A stretch of DNA of 64,000 nt, from positions 4,576,001 through 4,640,000 of the forward strand of contig OZ242010.1 in NCBI GenBank assembly GCA_965204745.1. Reading direction: 5' to 3'. Below are positions 29,471-40,544 of the stretch, piece after piece; position 1 is the first letter of the stretch, and each line of letters opens with the position of its first letter. The notes beneath the pieces were generated by a model. The model was given only the letters and a program-made list of their open reading frames with translations. It was not told the origin of the DNA and searched no databases. This DNA is from Candidatus Latescibacterota bacterium. Lineage in GTDB: Bacteria; Latescibacterota; UBA2968. The position numbers and the translations under genes are program-made.

Positions 29471-29845
29471 GGTTGTGTTGACATTTTATTTTTTTGATGT
29501 TACGTACAGATTAGCAAATGTGTTGCTTGCTCATTTAAGGCGTTTGGTCCTACAGCCTCGTTTGTTGCCTTCGATGCCTTCGGCGACCTACTTTTTTTCA
29601 ACAGCAAAAAAAGTAAGCAAAAAATGCCGCTCTCAAACGCCGAGGGGCTTGCACAGCGCAAATCGCTTTTGTAACAGAACGATATACGCCAGCCTGCAAA
29701 GTGGGTTGCAAGATGGACGTGGGTTGCCAATGGACTTGCGCGCTGTGCGTGATGGCTTGATCGGAGGGGTTTTTGCGAGGGTACTTGATTTGATGCCTTC
29801 TTTGAACTGCGGAACGTCAGGGCTTGATTTTCTCGATAAACCCCT
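29471..29845. mobile_element. MITE family B copy, inverted, lacking the other terminus
   Basis: TTA-GGTTGTGTTGACATTTT...; reverse complement of most of 16784-17247. Confidence 0.75.
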
Positions 29846-29861
29846 CCGTGCGTACCCATCT

Positions 29862-31370
29862 CTAAATCCCATACAGCGATTCGTACTTTGCGTGCAAGTG
29901 CCGCATTAGAGGGGCGTGGGTCAGGGGCTTTCCCGTTACCACTTCGACCAGATCGCCTGCGCGGTAGCGTTGGCCTTGCGAATAGATCTTATCCGTCAGC
30001 CAATTTTTCAGCGGTTCAAAATTGCCTTCGGCAAACTGGGCATTCAAATCGCCGACATCTTCGCGTGCTTGTTCAAAAAACTGCGCCGCGTACAAATTGC
30101 CCAGTGCGTAGGTTGGAAAATACCCAATGCCACCCCCGCTCCAGTGAACATCTTGCAAACAGCCGAGCGCGTCGTTTGGCGGAGTTAGGCCCAAGTATTT
30201 TTCAAACGTCTCATTCCAAACCCCCGGCACGTCTTCGGCTTTTAGTCCGCCGTCTATCAGGGCCTGTTCGATTTCAAAACGCAGCATGATGTGCAAATTG
30301 TACGTGGCTTCATCGGCTTCCACGCGGATAAACGAGGGCGCGACCGCATTGACTGCCGCGTAAAAATCGCCTTCGGAGACCCCGCGTAGCGCGGTTGGGA
30401 ATGCGTCTTGTACTTTGGCAAAAAAGCAGGTCCAAAACCCCCGGCTACGCCCGACAAAATTCTCCCACATGCGCGACTGGGACTCGTGAATGCCCAGAGA
30501 GACCGACTCGCCCATCGGCGTGCCGTAACGCGCTTCGCTCAATCCCTGATCGTAAATCCCGTGCCCGGCTTCGTGCAGGGTGCTGAAAAATGCCTCGGAG
30601 AAGAAGCGCGGATTGTACCGCGTGGTCAACCGCGTGTCCCCCGGCCCAATGCCGCTGCAAAACGGATGCGTGGTGATGTCCAAACGCCCGCGGTCAAAAT
30701 CGAACCCGATCTGCGCCGCCGCCCATTTGCCAACCGCTTCCTGTTGCCCAATGGGATACTCGCGCCTTAAAATGGCTTCATCGGGTTTTTTCTCGGAGTC
30801 GGCAATCGCGCCCACCAGTTCGACCAATTCGTCTCGCAAGGCGGAGAAAATCCGCGTCAAATTTTCAGTGGTTTCCCCGGGTTCGTAATCGTCCAACAGC
30901 GCGTCATAAGTGGTCGCGCCCGTGCCCAGTGCAGCGGCTTCGCGGCGTTTTAAGTCGAGCACGGTTTGCAGATGGGGTTGAAACAGGGCGTAATCCGATT
31001 TTGTGCGTGCGTCTCGCCACACCTGTTGCGCCATGGTCGTGACCCGTGCGAGTTCTTCGACCAGGGATCGGGGCAATTTGACGGCCCGCTCATAGCCCCT
31101 GCGAATTTCGCGCACGTTGACCGCTGCTTCGGAATGCGGTTCATGCGCCTCCGCGTCGATCTCTGCGAGCCACTCGCCGATTTGCGGCGCGGTTGCGCGC
31201 TCGTGCATCATGCCCACCAACAAGGCGAGTTGCTCCGCGCGATGCGCGGCTCCGCCCTTGGGCATGTACGTGCGCTCGTCCCACCCCAACACGCCAGCGC
31301 ATGATCCCAACAGGGCGATCTGTTTCACTTCTGCAATCAACCGCTGATACGCGGATTTGACATCGGCCAT
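29862..31370 (-). CDS. Carboxypeptidase Taq, peptidase family M32
   Basis: HPF, LHEAGHGIY, GIHESQS, IRVEADE, GCLQDVHWSGG.GYFPTYALGN. Confidence 0.95.
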   Translation of the reverse strand: MADVKSAYQRLIAEVKQIALLGSCAGVLGWDERTYMPKGGAAHRAEQLALLVGMMHERATAPQIGEWLAEIDAEAHEPHSEAAVNVREIRRGYERAVKLPRSLVEELARVTTMAQQVWRDARTKSDYALFQPHLQTVLDLKRREAAALGTGATTYDALLDDYEPGETTENLTRIFSALRDELVELVGAIADSEKKPDEAILRREYPIGQQEAVGKWAAAQIGFDFDRGRLDITTHPFCSGIGPGDTRLTTRYNPRFFSEAFFSTLHEAGHGIYDQGLSEARYGTPMGESVSLGIHESQSRMWENFVGRSRGFWTCFFAKVQDAFPTALRGVSEGDFYAAVNAVAPSFIRVEADEATYNLHIMLRFEIEQALIDGGLKAEDVPGVWNETFEKYLGLTPPNDALGCLQDVHWSGGGIGYFPTYALGNLYAAQFFEQAREDVGDLNAQFAEGNFEPLKNWLTDKIYSQGQRYRAGDLVEVVTGKPLTHAPLMRHLHAKYESLYGI

Positions 31371-31439
31371 TTTTCCTCCTCGTGGTAATTTTCATTGCGA
31401 TATACAACGCGGTAAATCTATATGGGCGAGATGGGATTT

Positions 31440-31540
31440 TAGCCACAAAAGGCACAAAAGGCACAAAAGGGGTACAACTGGCGATAGCCAGTTCAAAGGT
31501 GAACAATATGTGTAGGGGCGATGCCCCCGCGCTCGCCCAA
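31440..31540 (+). repeat. Dispersed repeat family C (CACAAAAGG 9-mers + ACAACTGGCGAYAGCC + GTAGGGGCG REP-like end)
   Basis: Related copies at 45525-45605, 48225-48355 and 60245-60386. Confidence 0.75.
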
Positions 31541-31673
31541 TATCAAAATCAGTGGTCAGTCTCCCACCCCTCAAGCAATCAAAACAGGGTAGCGGGAAGG
31601 GCTTGACAGAAAACGGTCACGCGCCCATCATGCGACATTCGCAACATGCGACATTCTCAACAGGAGGTCGACC

Positions 31674-32897
31674 ATGAAAATTGTGGACATCGAAGTCATC
31701 CCCATTGCCATGCCTTTGGCAAAACGCTATGACAACCACCACGGGCGCACGCGCATGTACGACATCGATCAGCACGTGGTGGTCAAAATTCACACGGACA
31801 ACGGCTTGATCGGCTATGGCGATTACGAAGACCGGCCCGCGATTGCGCCCGAAGAAATCGAACCGCTCATCGGGCGCAACCCCTTTGACTTTTTGCACAA
31901 CAATTTCAACCTGGCACTCGGCATGGCCCTCTACGATGTGATGGGCAAATACGTCGAAGTGCCCGCGTACAAACTCATGGGCCAAAAAGTGCGAGACGCC
32001 GTGCCCGCGGCAGCGTGGACGCGCCCTTGTCCACCCGAAATTTTTGCAGGAGAAATCCAACGCGCTGTGGATCAGGGGTATCGCATTTTCAAAATGCACT
32101 CGGACGCCCGATACGACGTCATCGAACAAACCAAAGCCGCTGCGGAAGTCGCGCCCCCGGGCTTCAAACTCCACTGGGATTTCAACCACAACCGCACCAT
32201 GGGCGTCGTGCTTCCCATTGTCGCCGAACTCGAACGCAACCACCCGGTCGTGGGGTTTATCGAAGACCCGTTGCCGTGGACAGACATCGACGGCTGGCGC
32301 GCACTCAGAGGTAAAACCCAACTGCCGCTGATCATGCACAATCCCCAACTCGGCGGCATGCAGGAAGTGCTTCGCGGCGTGGCCGATATTTACATGATCG
32401 GCGGGCGCATTGGCGACACCTTGCAACGGGGATTTGCATACGGTCAAGCCAACATCCAGACGCTCCTGCAACAATCGGGCAACACCCTGATGAAAGCCTT
32501 TACCCTGCATCAGGCGGCTGTTTTGCCCACGGCGACCGCGCACATCATCACCCTTGACGACCAGTACGAAGACGACATTACCACAGCGCAACTTTTGCCC
32601 ACCGAGGGTTTTTGTCGCGTGCCCGAAGGCGCGGGCTTGGGCGTCGAGGTGGATGAGGAAAAACTCGCGCGGGCGGCCCAACGCAACCCCATTCCCAAAC
32701 TCGACATCATCGGCGTGCTCCACCTGCCCGGCGGGCGCAGGTATTACACCTTCGGCGAACCCAACGTGGCAACCCTCACCGGCTTTGAAGAAGGCGCCCT
32801 GCGCGGCATCCACTACGAACGCCTCGTCAAAAGCGACTCGCCCGACTATGATCGCATCCAAAAGCGACTCCAAGCAGAAGGCCCATTCATCGCGTAG
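31674..32897 (+). CDS. Mandelate racemase/muconate lactonizing enzyme (enolase superfamily)
   Basis: MKIVDIEVIP, VKIHTDNGLIGYG, ALYDVMGK..VPAYKLMG, FKMH, DFN, IEDP, PEGAGLGVEVDEE. Confidence 0.85.
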   Translation: MKIVDIEVIPIAMPLAKRYDNHHGRTRMYDIDQHVVVKIHTDNGLIGYGDYEDRPAIAPEEIEPLIGRNPFDFLHNNFNLALGMALYDVMGKYVEVPAYKLMGQKVRDAVPAAAWTRPCPPEIFAGEIQRAVDQGYRIFKMHSDARYDVIEQTKAAAEVAPPGFKLHWDFNHNRTMGVVLPIVAELERNHPVVGFIEDPLPWTDIDGWRALRGKTQLPLIMHNPQLGGMQEVLRGVADIYMIGGRIGDTLQRGFAYGQANIQTLLQQSGNTLMKAFTLHQAAVLPTATAHIITLDDQYEDDITTAQLLPTEGFCRVPEGAGLGVEVDEEKLARAAQRNPIPKLDIIGVLHLPGGRRYYTFGEPNVATLTGFEEGALRGIHYERLVKSDSPDYDRIQKRLQAEGPFIA

Positions 32898-32955
32898 CCA
32901 AAAAAATAAACGGGATAGAAATATCCCGTTGTATCCACCCCACGGCAAAGCGATC

Positions 32956-33972
32956 TCATGATGTCCAAGGAATGGGGACGTCGATCTCTGTGGCAATGCG
33001 TTGCAACAGGTCGAAATGGTCTTCGGTCAGCGGGATGCCGCTTTGGGTTCGCGCCTGTTCGCGTTGCCATTCCAAACTGCCGGGCACATCTGCCCGCGTC
33101 AAACCCGGCATGGGCTTCAGGGAGCGGCTCTCGCGCAAAATCCGCGCGACCTCTGCCTTATACGCCTCCAAATCGCCCAACTGCGCTAGGTCAATCCCCA
33201 CGATGACGAACCCTCGCGTGGCACTTAAAAACGCAGGCGTGCGCGATTCGGGGGTCGCAGTGCCCGCCAAAATCCCCGCCAACAACCACGACGTAAAGCG
33301 CATCCCCAAACTCTTAAAAACAAAATCCGGAAACGTCTGCAAGGCCTGGGCGAGTTTGGTGCGATCCTTCAACATATTCGCGTTCATATCCAGCACAAAG
33401 GGCGGGTCTTCCGCCGTTGGAATGCCAAAACACATCGGGGGCGCGTACATCGCATCCCACACGGTTGCATCGGACCGCGTGGGTTTTTCCCAGGCGGTGC
33501 CCCCGGCCACGCAAAAAGTCGCCAAATCGCGTGCCAGTGCCAGTCGCGCATAAATCCCCGCGCTGCCCACATGCCCGTGATTGCGCGTACACCCCACCGC
33601 AACGCCTGTCGCTTTTGCCTTCTCTATGACCGCCTCGGTCGCCCGCGTCGCCGCCAGATACCCCGCGCCGCCATCGCCGTCAAAAACCGCTATCGCAGGC
33701 GCGTCCATAACTCGCACGACCTCGGCCTGTGGGTTGATGCGGCCTTCTCGAAACTCGGCCACATAGCGTTTCAACTGCCGCGTGCCGTGCGTCATCACCC
33801 CGCGCAAATCCACCTCCACCAAATAGCGGGCGATCAGCTCGGCATCGGCCTCTGGCACCTGAACGCGGCGCAACACCTCGGTCGCAAAATCGCGCAACTG
33901 ATCGGGCATAACCGCCCGTCCACTCTGCCGCCCGTGCGTGCCCATCCCGGTCTGCCCTTTAAGTGAGGCCAT
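32956..33972 (-). CDS. Ldh_2 family oxidoreductase (malate/L-lactate/sulfolactate dehydrogenase-like)
   Basis: [33 protein letters not shown]. Confidence 0.82.
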   Translation of the reverse strand: MASLKGQTGMGTHGRQSGRAVMPDQLRDFATEVLRRVQVPEADAELIARYLVEVDLRGVMTHGTRQLKRYVAEFREGRINPQAEVVRVMDAPAIAVFDGDGGAGYLAATRATEAVIEKAKATGVAVGCTRNHGHVGSAGIYARLALARDLATFCVAGGTAWEKPTRSDATVWDAMYAPPMCFGIPTAEDPPFVLDMNANMLKDRTKLAQALQTFPDFVFKSLGMRFTSWLLAGILAGTATPESRTPAFLSATRGFVIVGIDLAQLGDLEAYKAEVARILRESRSLKPMPGLTRADVPGSLEWQREQARTQSGIPLTEDHFDLLQRIATEIDVPIPWTS

Positions 33973-35614
33973 TTTTCGTTCCACAAACGTGAACTTTGAC
34001 CCCTAATGCCTGCATCATGGCGACTTTGACGGCCAGTGCGTTGTCGGCATCTCGGGCGGATTGGGCGTACGCGACTTGGATGTGGTTGGCCTTGTGCCGG
34101 GCCATCATCTGGTCGCGGGAGATGCCGTAGGTGACAGCGTGCATAATGGGCCACTGCGGGGTGGTCGCACGCCAGCGGCGTTCGGTCTCTCGTCGGGGCA
34201 ATTCGATGACGCCACCGCGTCCGATGTCCATGTGCAAGGCGTCATTTTGAACGAAGATGCGACTCCACACGATTTCCCCGGGTTTGCCCACGCCCTTGCA
34301 AGTGCCGCCGCCGAGGGGGAAATACATGCTGGGCTGGCGTTCGGACGACGTGCCTTTGTACCCGCCGATGTGGTGTGCGGGCGGCGCGCCGCCCGAGATG
34401 AGGAAGACCCACACGTAGTCGTCAACGCGGTTTCCCCGGTAGTGTTCGCCCCAGCGGAGGTCGTGCAAGGTGTTTTCCGGATGTTGCCCCAAGGCGCGCC
34501 AGATCCTGTTGGTGATCAAGCCGTCGAGGCCCGCGCATTCATCCACTTCATTGAAATGCGGGAGGGCTTCGCCTGCGTAGAGCACGCGACCGTTGCCACG
34601 CGCTTTGACCGGGGGCCGGTCCACGTTGTTGAGAATGCCTTCGACCAGATCAGATGCCGGGCACAAGTCTTTGAGGCCCTGTTGGTATTGAATGCCGATG
34701 GTGGCGCACCCAAAATCATCGGCAATGCGGAGGGCCGCGATGTACATCTTGCACTGGGAGTGGATTTGATCATCGGTGAGTTCGTCATCGCCATTTGTGC
34801 CGGTGACAAAGGTGAGGCCCTTGGCTTCGAGCCAGGCGCGCACAGCACGCGCCTCTTCGTCTGTAACGGTTTGCATTTCGGCCCAAAGCGCGGATTGCGA
34901 GAGGCGTTCTTTGAAAACGCCCGTGGGGTTGAGCAAGTGGTCCGGGATGATGGCGTTGAACATGCCCATGCAACCCTCGTCAAAAATGCCCATAATGGCT
35001 TTTTCGCGCTGGAGTTGTGCGGCGAGTGCTCGACCGAGTTCGGCCTCTGCGTCCGGCAGGCGCAAGGGCGTTGCGTCTCGCACATGCGACGTGTCGTGCG
35101 CGACCTTGCCGCTGGCGAGCCATTCGCGCAGGCCGCGTTTGAAGAAATCGTCCGTAAAGTCCAAACTCCACAAGGTGCTGTACGCGACGCCCGCTTTGGT
35201 GAGCGACCCGTTGAGGTTGAGCATGCCGACCAGGCCCGGCCATTGCCCGGACCAGTTGGCGAGGGTGAGAATGGGGCCTCGGTGCGAGATCAAGCCGTGC
35301 AACACATGGTGGCTGTATTGCCAGACCGCCTCGGCCACGATGAGGGGCGCGTCGGGATGAATATGTTTGAAGAAAGCCATGCCCTCTTTTTGCGAGCCGA
35401 TAAAGCCGTGTCGCTCATCTGGCTTGTAGGGATGCCCGCGGCGGACTCGCCATCCCTCGCGCTGAATCGCGGCAGTGATGGCTTCTTCCATGGCCTGCTG
35501 TGCGGACCAACACATCTGATTGGCGGACAAGCGCAGGTCCCCATTGGCGATGAGCACGACCTCGTTTTCTCGCGGTGCTTCGGGTTCGGCGAGTTCGGGA
35601 AGTGCGTATGCCAT
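33959..35614 (-). CDS. L-fucose isomerase-like protein
   Basis: [48 protein letters not shown]. Confidence 0.8.
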   Translation of the reverse strand: MAYALPELAEPEAPRENEVVLIANGDLRLSANQMCWSAQQAMEEAITAAIQREGWRVRRGHPYKPDERHGFIGSQKEGMAFFKHIHPDAPLIVAEAVWQYSHHVLHGLISHRGPILTLANWSGQWPGLVGMLNLNGSLTKAGVAYSTLWSLDFTDDFFKRGLREWLASGKVAHDTSHVRDATPLRLPDAEAELGRALAAQLQREKAIMGIFDEGCMGMFNAIIPDHLLNPTGVFKERLSQSALWAEMQTVTDEEARAVRAWLEAKGLTFVTGTNGDDELTDDQIHSQCKMYIAALRIADDFGCATIGIQYQQGLKDLCPASDLVEGILNNVDRPPVKARGNGRVLYAGEALPHFNEVDECAGLDGLITNRIWRALGQHPENTLHDLRWGEHYRGNRVDDYVWVFLISGGAPPAHHIGGYKGTSSERQPSMYFPLGGGTCKGVGKPGEIVWSRIFVQNDALHMDIGRGGVIELPRRETERRWRATTPQWPIMHAVTYGISRDQMMARHKANHIQVAYAQSARDADNALAVKVAMMQALGVKVHVCGTKNGLT

Positions 35615-35655
35615 AATACCCTCCTTTCTTGGTGGTTAAAACAAAAGGCAACCCC

Positions 35656-36441
35656 CTAGGCCGATGCGCCTGCGTAATTTTTAACGCCGCGCTTCCAGAA
35701 CCAGCGGGAAATGAACAAGAGCACCGCGCAGAGCAATCCCGAAGTGATCAGGCTTTGGGCCGTCAAACGACCGGAAAGGGCTTCTGCGGGCACGGTAATG
35801 GCAAATGCCACGGGCACGAGAAACGTGAGAATATAGCGTAGCCAAATCGGGTAGATGCCAATGGGCCAACGCCCGGCCTCGTACATGCTTTGAAAAATAA
35901 CGAGGATATTTTCAATACGCAAAAACCAAAACGTCAGGGTGGCGAGCATCAGCCAAAAGCTGTAAATAATCGCGCCGCCCGTACAAAGCGCGAACGCAAA
36001 TGCCAGGGCCTCGCGCGGCCCAATCCCAAGCCCCTTGTAGATCAGCGCGGCACTGAGCACGCCCAAGCCGAGCATGACATCGGTGATCCGCCATAAGCGG
36101 AGTTGCGAAATGCTGGCGAGGAACTGCGCGTCGCACGGCTTGGTCAGCGTATAATCAAATGTGCCCAGACGCACATCTTCCATGAACTGGCTCATACTCG
36201 GATAAATGACCAAGCCAATCACGCCGCCCACGAACATGAACACCCCGAGCAATGCGAGAATATCCACGGCTTGCCACCCGCCCAGCGTATCGGTGTGCGA
36301 AAACACAATCGCCAACCCCGCGATAGCCGTGCCCAAGTTCAGGACAGATTGCAAGAGTTGAACGTAAAAATTCACGCGATAGGCCATCTCATTGAGCAGG
36401 CCGATGCGGAAGAAGATCCAGATAAGTTTGATATAGTGCAT
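35656..36441 (-). CDS. ABC-2 type transporter permease (DUF990-like)
   Basis: MAYRVNF, GTFDYTLTKP..AQF, GRWPIGIYP, VPAEAL, YAGASA; hydrophobic. Confidence 0.82.
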   Translation of the reverse strand: MHYIKLIWIFFRIGLLNEMAYRVNFYVQLLQSVLNLGTAIAGLAIVFSHTDTLGGWQAVDILALLGVFMFVGGVIGLVIYPSMSQFMEDVRLGTFDYTLTKPCDAQFLASISQLRLWRITDVMLGLGVLSAALIYKGLGIGPREALAFAFALCTGGAIIYSFWLMLATLTFWFLRIENILVIFQSMYEAGRWPIGIYPIWLRYILTFLVPVAFAITVPAEALSGRLTAQSLITSGLLCAVLLFISRWFWKRGVKNYAGASA

Positions 36442-36561
36442 CGTAACCTACCTCTGAATGTCGCGATCAGAAGCGAATTAAGCGTTGAAAGCGAGTAAGC
36501 CATCATCTGATCGCACCCCGCCATCGGGATGTTCGTTTTTTTGTCCATCTGAACTTCGTCA

Positions 36562-37650
36562 TCACTCCCCCGTTTGCAAAAACGCATTCAACCCGTCCAA
36601 ATCCATCCCTTCAATCCCCAACCCGCGCACGCTTCGCCCCGAGGTCCATCCATCGAATCCCATCACCACGGACCCGATATCCACCAACCCGCGCATCAAA
36701 GGCGCGTCCACCCCGTATTGCGCCCCTACATCGTGCCACGTTGAAAGGCCGTAGGGAATATCCTCGGTGAGCCAGCGGCTATCGAGTGACCCCGGTGCTT
36801 TGAGTTGCGTGAGCATTCGGCTACCGTTAATCGCGGCCCACAAATCGCCCCGAGGGCCAAAGCCCGCCCGGTAAAACGCCTCATCTGCGGCAATGAGCTC
36901 ATACCCCAAGGCTTTTGCAATGGCCCTGCGCTCTGCATCCACGGCCATAATCGTCTTGGCGACAGATGGCGAAACCCCTTCTTCGTAAAAATAAAACTCG
37001 CCGTGCGAATACTCGATTCGCCCCGCGTTCATCAGCACGCCCGCCGGATGCACCACTGGATTCATCGCAGACAACCCACACGCCATCGCAGTGGGATACG
37101 CCCGAATCCCCGGAAACAAAGGCGTCAACTGGTCGCGCACCCGTGTGGTCTCAGTCGCGGGCAACACCCCCAGCCCCAAACCGCTCACCGCGCCCCAAAT
37201 CGCGGCCTCATTCGGCCCTGTCTTCCGGCACACATAAGGCGCGGTATCCACCTCGGCGAGTGCGACACCCGTCACCCCGCGCTCGCGCAACAGGGTTGCC
37301 CATGCCAACGTGCCCAACGTGCCCGGCATCAGCACAACCGTATGCTCGGCCTTGAGATGCGGCGCGCAGGCGAGGGCAAACGGTTCGTGGGCATAAGCGG
37401 GCACAATCACCAAAATCAGATCCGAAGCATCCAAAGCCGCCGCGATATCCGTCGTGACACAGTGAATTTTCGCCGCGCCCGTCTCCTCAACCCCCAACAG
37501 ATGAATCACCCCCGTGTCGCGCACCGGATCGAGCACATGTCCAAATTTTGGCAACTCGCACAGGGTCACATCAACCCCTCGCAACGTCAGATTTGCAGCC
37601 GTGGCAAACGCCGTATTGCCCCCGCCCAAAATTGCAATGTGTCGAGCCAT
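36562..37650 (-). CDS. NAD/NADP octopine/nopaline (opine) dehydrogenase family protein
   Basis: ILGGGN, VPAYAHE, NPVVHPAGVLMNAGRIE, FYFYEEG, RWLTEDIPYGL. Confidence 0.88.
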   Translation of the reverse strand: MARHIAILGGGNTAFATAANLTLRGVDVTLCELPKFGHVLDPVRDTGVIHLLGVEETGAAKIHCVTTDIAAALDASDLILVIVPAYAHEPFALACAPHLKAEHTVVLMPGTLGTLAWATLLRERGVTGVALAEVDTAPYVCRKTGPNEAAIWGAVSGLGLGVLPATETTRVRDQLTPLFPGIRAYPTAMACGLSAMNPVVHPAGVLMNAGRIEYSHGEFYFYEEGVSPSVAKTIMAVDAERRAIAKALGYELIAADEAFYRAGFGPRGDLWAAINGSRMLTQLKAPGSLDSRWLTEDIPYGLSTWHDVGAQYGVDAPLMRGLVDIGSVVMGFDGWTSGRSVRGLGIEGMDLDGLNAFLQTGE

Positions 37651-37694
37651 ACGTTTCTCCTACTGTGCGTGCCCATCCGCTTCCGCACCGCCGC

Positions 37695-37860
37695 CCAAGT
37701 GCGTGCCCCGCTCATCCGCCCATCCGCCCGTGCGTGCCCCACCTCGCCCTGCCCCGCCGTGTGCGTTTTGCCTTTCATCTGTGTTCTTATGCGAAGCGGG
37801 CGTTTTCGCGTCTTCCCGCTTTTCCCCTCTCCCCTCTTGCTTCTCCCCTCTTCCCGCTTC
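37695..37860 (-). repeat. Dispersed repeat family D
   Basis: Reverse complement of 47843-47982 and 48363-48502 (…taagaacacagatga…gcaaaacgcacacggcggggcagggcgagg…). Confidence 0.8.
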
Positions 37861-40293
37861 TCACCTCCTCCGCTTCCGCTTATTCGTCGCGGGGTTTTGG
37901 GCGATGATTTTCTCGCAGGCCGGGCGCGTTAGGGACGCCGCATCCACATCTTTTGGGATGCGGTAATTTTTGCCATCGCTTTTGATATAAGGGCCGTAGC
38001 GACCCGCGAGGACTTGAATGCCGTCAAAATCGTGGATGACGTGTTGCGACTGTCTGCCGCCCGCGCCGCGTTGCATGAATTTTTCGAGCGTTGCGCGATC
38101 CAATGACGCCGCATCCAAGCCCTTGGGAATTTTGTAATTTTTGCCATCTTTGCGGATATACGGCCCATACCGCCCATCGAGCACCTGAAAATCGCCAAAA
38201 TCCTGCATCACGCTGCGCGCTTTGCGATCTTTTTCCCGTGCCGCAATTTCCAGCGCGCGAGAAAGCGTCATTGCAAACAGGTCTTCGCCCTTGGGGATGG
38301 AAAAAAAATCGCCCCCCATTCGCACGTAAGGGCCGTATCTGCCGACATTGACCTGCACCTCGTCGCCCGCATCATTTTGCCCGAGTTTGCGGGGCAACGC
38401 AAAACACTTGAGCGCGTCGTCCAGCGCGATGTTCAAAATACTCTGGTTCGGCGGCACAGATGCGAACAAGGGCTTCTCCTCGTCCTCTGCCATGCCGATC
38501 TGAATGTAGGGGCCGTATTTGCCAAAGCGCACGCTCACCTCGCGCCCGGTCTTGGGATCCCTGCCCAACTTGCGCCCGATTTTATCCACGGACTTCTTGT
38601 CTTCCACCCGCTTGGTGAACGGCGGATAAAACGCTTTTAACATCGCCTTCCACGAATTTTTCCCCTGGGCGATCTCGTCAAAATCCCCTTCGATGTGCGA
38701 CGTAAATCCCAAATCGACGATATCGGGAAAGTGCTCGGTCAGAAAATCGTTGACCACCTCGCCGATATCCGTGGGCGCGAGTTTCTTCTCCCGCGTGCGC
38801 TCGACATATTCCCGGCTCTGAATGGTCGAAATCGTCGGCGAATAGGTTGAGGGGCGCCCGATGCCCTCGCTCTCGAGCTTCTTCACCAGCGACGCCTCGG
38901 TATAGCGCGGGGGCGGTTTGGTGAACAACTGCTCCAAATGCAACTTCTTCAAGTTCAGCACCTGCCCCTTTTTCACCGCGGGCAAAATCACGTCCTTGTC
39001 GCTGATCGCCGCCTCTGGATCGTCCGATCCCTCGGTGTACGCTTTCAAAAACCCCGGGAACAAAACGCGCTGGCCCTTGGCTTCAAAGAGCAATTCCCCG
39101 GATTCTCCGGCCCGAATGCGGATGGTCGTATAGGCGATGCGCGCATCGGCCATCTGCGTCGCCAACGTGCGCTTCCAAATCAAATCGTACAGCCGAAACT
39201 GCCGCGCATCGAGATGCGCTTTCACCTTTGTGGGTTTGATCGACAAATCCGCCGGGCGAATCGCCTCGTGCGCCTCTTGCGCGCCCTTGCTCTTGTTGGC
39301 AAATCGGCGCGGCCTTGCAATGGTATAGTCCGACCCAAATTCCCGCGCGATCACCTCCTTGGCCTGACGCACGGCTTGATCCGCCAAATTCACGGAATCC
39401 GTCCGCATATACGTGATCAAACCGCCGGTATAGCCGGGAATTTCAAAATTGCCCTCGTAGAGCTGTTGTGCAACGCGCATGGTTTGCGACACGGAAAATC
39501 CCAACTTGCGAGACGCCTCTTGTTGCAAGGTGGAAGTCGTGAACGGCGGCACCGGGGAACGCTTGCCCTCGCGCTCGACCACCTCGGCGACCACAAATTG
39601 CCCCTTCAGCGCGCTCGCTTCAATGGCCTTGGCCTGCGCCTCGTTCTTCACCGCGGCCTTTTTGTCATTGACGCGCGTCAATTCCGCCTGAAACGCGGGA
39701 TCCCGAAAATCGGACTTGATCTTCCAATACTCCTCTGGTTTGAACGCCCGAATCTCCCGCTCTCGATCCACGATGATCCGCACTGCAACGCTCTGCACGC
39801 GCCCGGCAGACAGCCCGCCCTTGACCTTTCGCCACAACAACGGCGAAAGCTGATAGCCCACCGCGCGATCCAAAATGCGCCGCGCCTGTTGTGCATCGAC
39901 CAAATTTTGATCTAGCGCGCGCGGATTTGCCAAGGCGTGCAAAATCGCGGACCGCGTGATCTCGTGAAACACAATGCGCTTGATGGGCTGATTTTTGAGG
40001 CCGAGCGCGGCGATCAAATGCCAGGAGATGGACTCCCCTTCGCGGTCTTCGTCCGTCGCCAGATACACGGTCGTGTCGCTCCCAATCTCTCTTTTGAGTG
40101 CCTGAATCACCTTGCGCTTGTCTTGCGACACCTCGTATTGGGGATCGAAACTCTCGGCGTCAAAGCCCAAGTCGCGCGCGGGCAAATCGCGCACATGTCC
40201 CATCGAAGCGGCGACCTTGTAGTCTTTGCCCACAAACCGCGAAATCGTGCGCGCCTTGGCAGGTGATTCGACGATGATCAAATTTTTCGCCAT
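37861..40293 (-). CDS. topA: DNA topoisomerase I with C-terminal Toprim_C repeats
   Basis: LIIVESPAKA, ATDEDREGE, SAGRVQS, ITYMRTDS, AHEAIRP, GIGRPSTY; repeated GRYGPYI. Confidence 0.97.
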   Translation of the reverse strand: MAKNLIIVESPAKARTISRFVGKDYKVAASMGHVRDLPARDLGFDAESFDPQYEVSQDKRKVIQALKREIGSDTTVYLATDEDREGESISWHLIAALGLKNQPIKRIVFHEITRSAILHALANPRALDQNLVDAQQARRILDRAVGYQLSPLLWRKVKGGLSAGRVQSVAVRIIVDREREIRAFKPEEYWKIKSDFRDPAFQAELTRVNDKKAAVKNEAQAKAIEASALKGQFVVAEVVEREGKRSPVPPFTTSTLQQEASRKLGFSVSQTMRVAQQLYEGNFEIPGYTGGLITYMRTDSVNLADQAVRQAKEVIAREFGSDYTIARPRRFANKSKGAQEAHEAIRPADLSIKPTKVKAHLDARQFRLYDLIWKRTLATQMADARIAYTTIRIRAGESGELLFEAKGQRVLFPGFLKAYTEGSDDPEAAISDKDVILPAVKKGQVLNLKKLHLEQLFTKPPPRYTEASLVKKLESEGIGRPSTYSPTISTIQSREYVERTREKKLAPTDIGEVVNDFLTEHFPDIVDLGFTSHIEGDFDEIAQGKNSWKAMLKAFYPPFTKRVEDKKSVDKIGRKLGRDPKTGREVSVRFGKYGPYIQIGMAEDEEKPLFASVPPNQSILNIALDDALKCFALPRKLGQNDAGDEVQVNVGRYGPYVRMGGDFFSIPKGEDLFAMTLSRALEIAAREKDRKARSVMQDFGDFQVLDGRYGPYIRKDGKNYKIPKGLDAASLDRATLEKFMQRGAGGRQSQHVIHDFDGIQVLAGRYGPYIKSDGKNYRIPKDVDAASLTRPACEKIIAQNPATNKRKRRR

Positions 40294-40307
40294 CAAAAAC
40301 GTCCTCC

Positions 40308-40348
40308 GTCAGTTGTCAGTTGTCGGTTGTCAGTTGTCAGTTGTCAGT
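40308..40348. repeat. Heptamer tandem array (GTCAGTT)n upstream of topA
   Basis: About six units; same family at 11530, 15718, 16732, 42599, 44708 and 45450. Confidence 0.85.
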
Positions 40349-40544
40349 CCCCGCCCAACGGCCCCAGAACCCTACGCACTTCGTTTGTCCAGCGAGAAGT
40401 TTAGGTCGCGTTCTGTGGCTGTTTTTTGGAGGTCGTGCAATGTCACGGCGTTCAGGGGAATGCCGCGGTGCGGTACGCAGGGCGGCGCAGGGCTTCGGGT
40501 TCGCCGGGGGTGGATCGCCAAAATACTCGCCCCCAGCGCAAATG

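Noticed and set aside
34061-35659. 532-aa plus-strand ORF
   Set aside because: Antisense shadow of the fucose isomerase-like gene.
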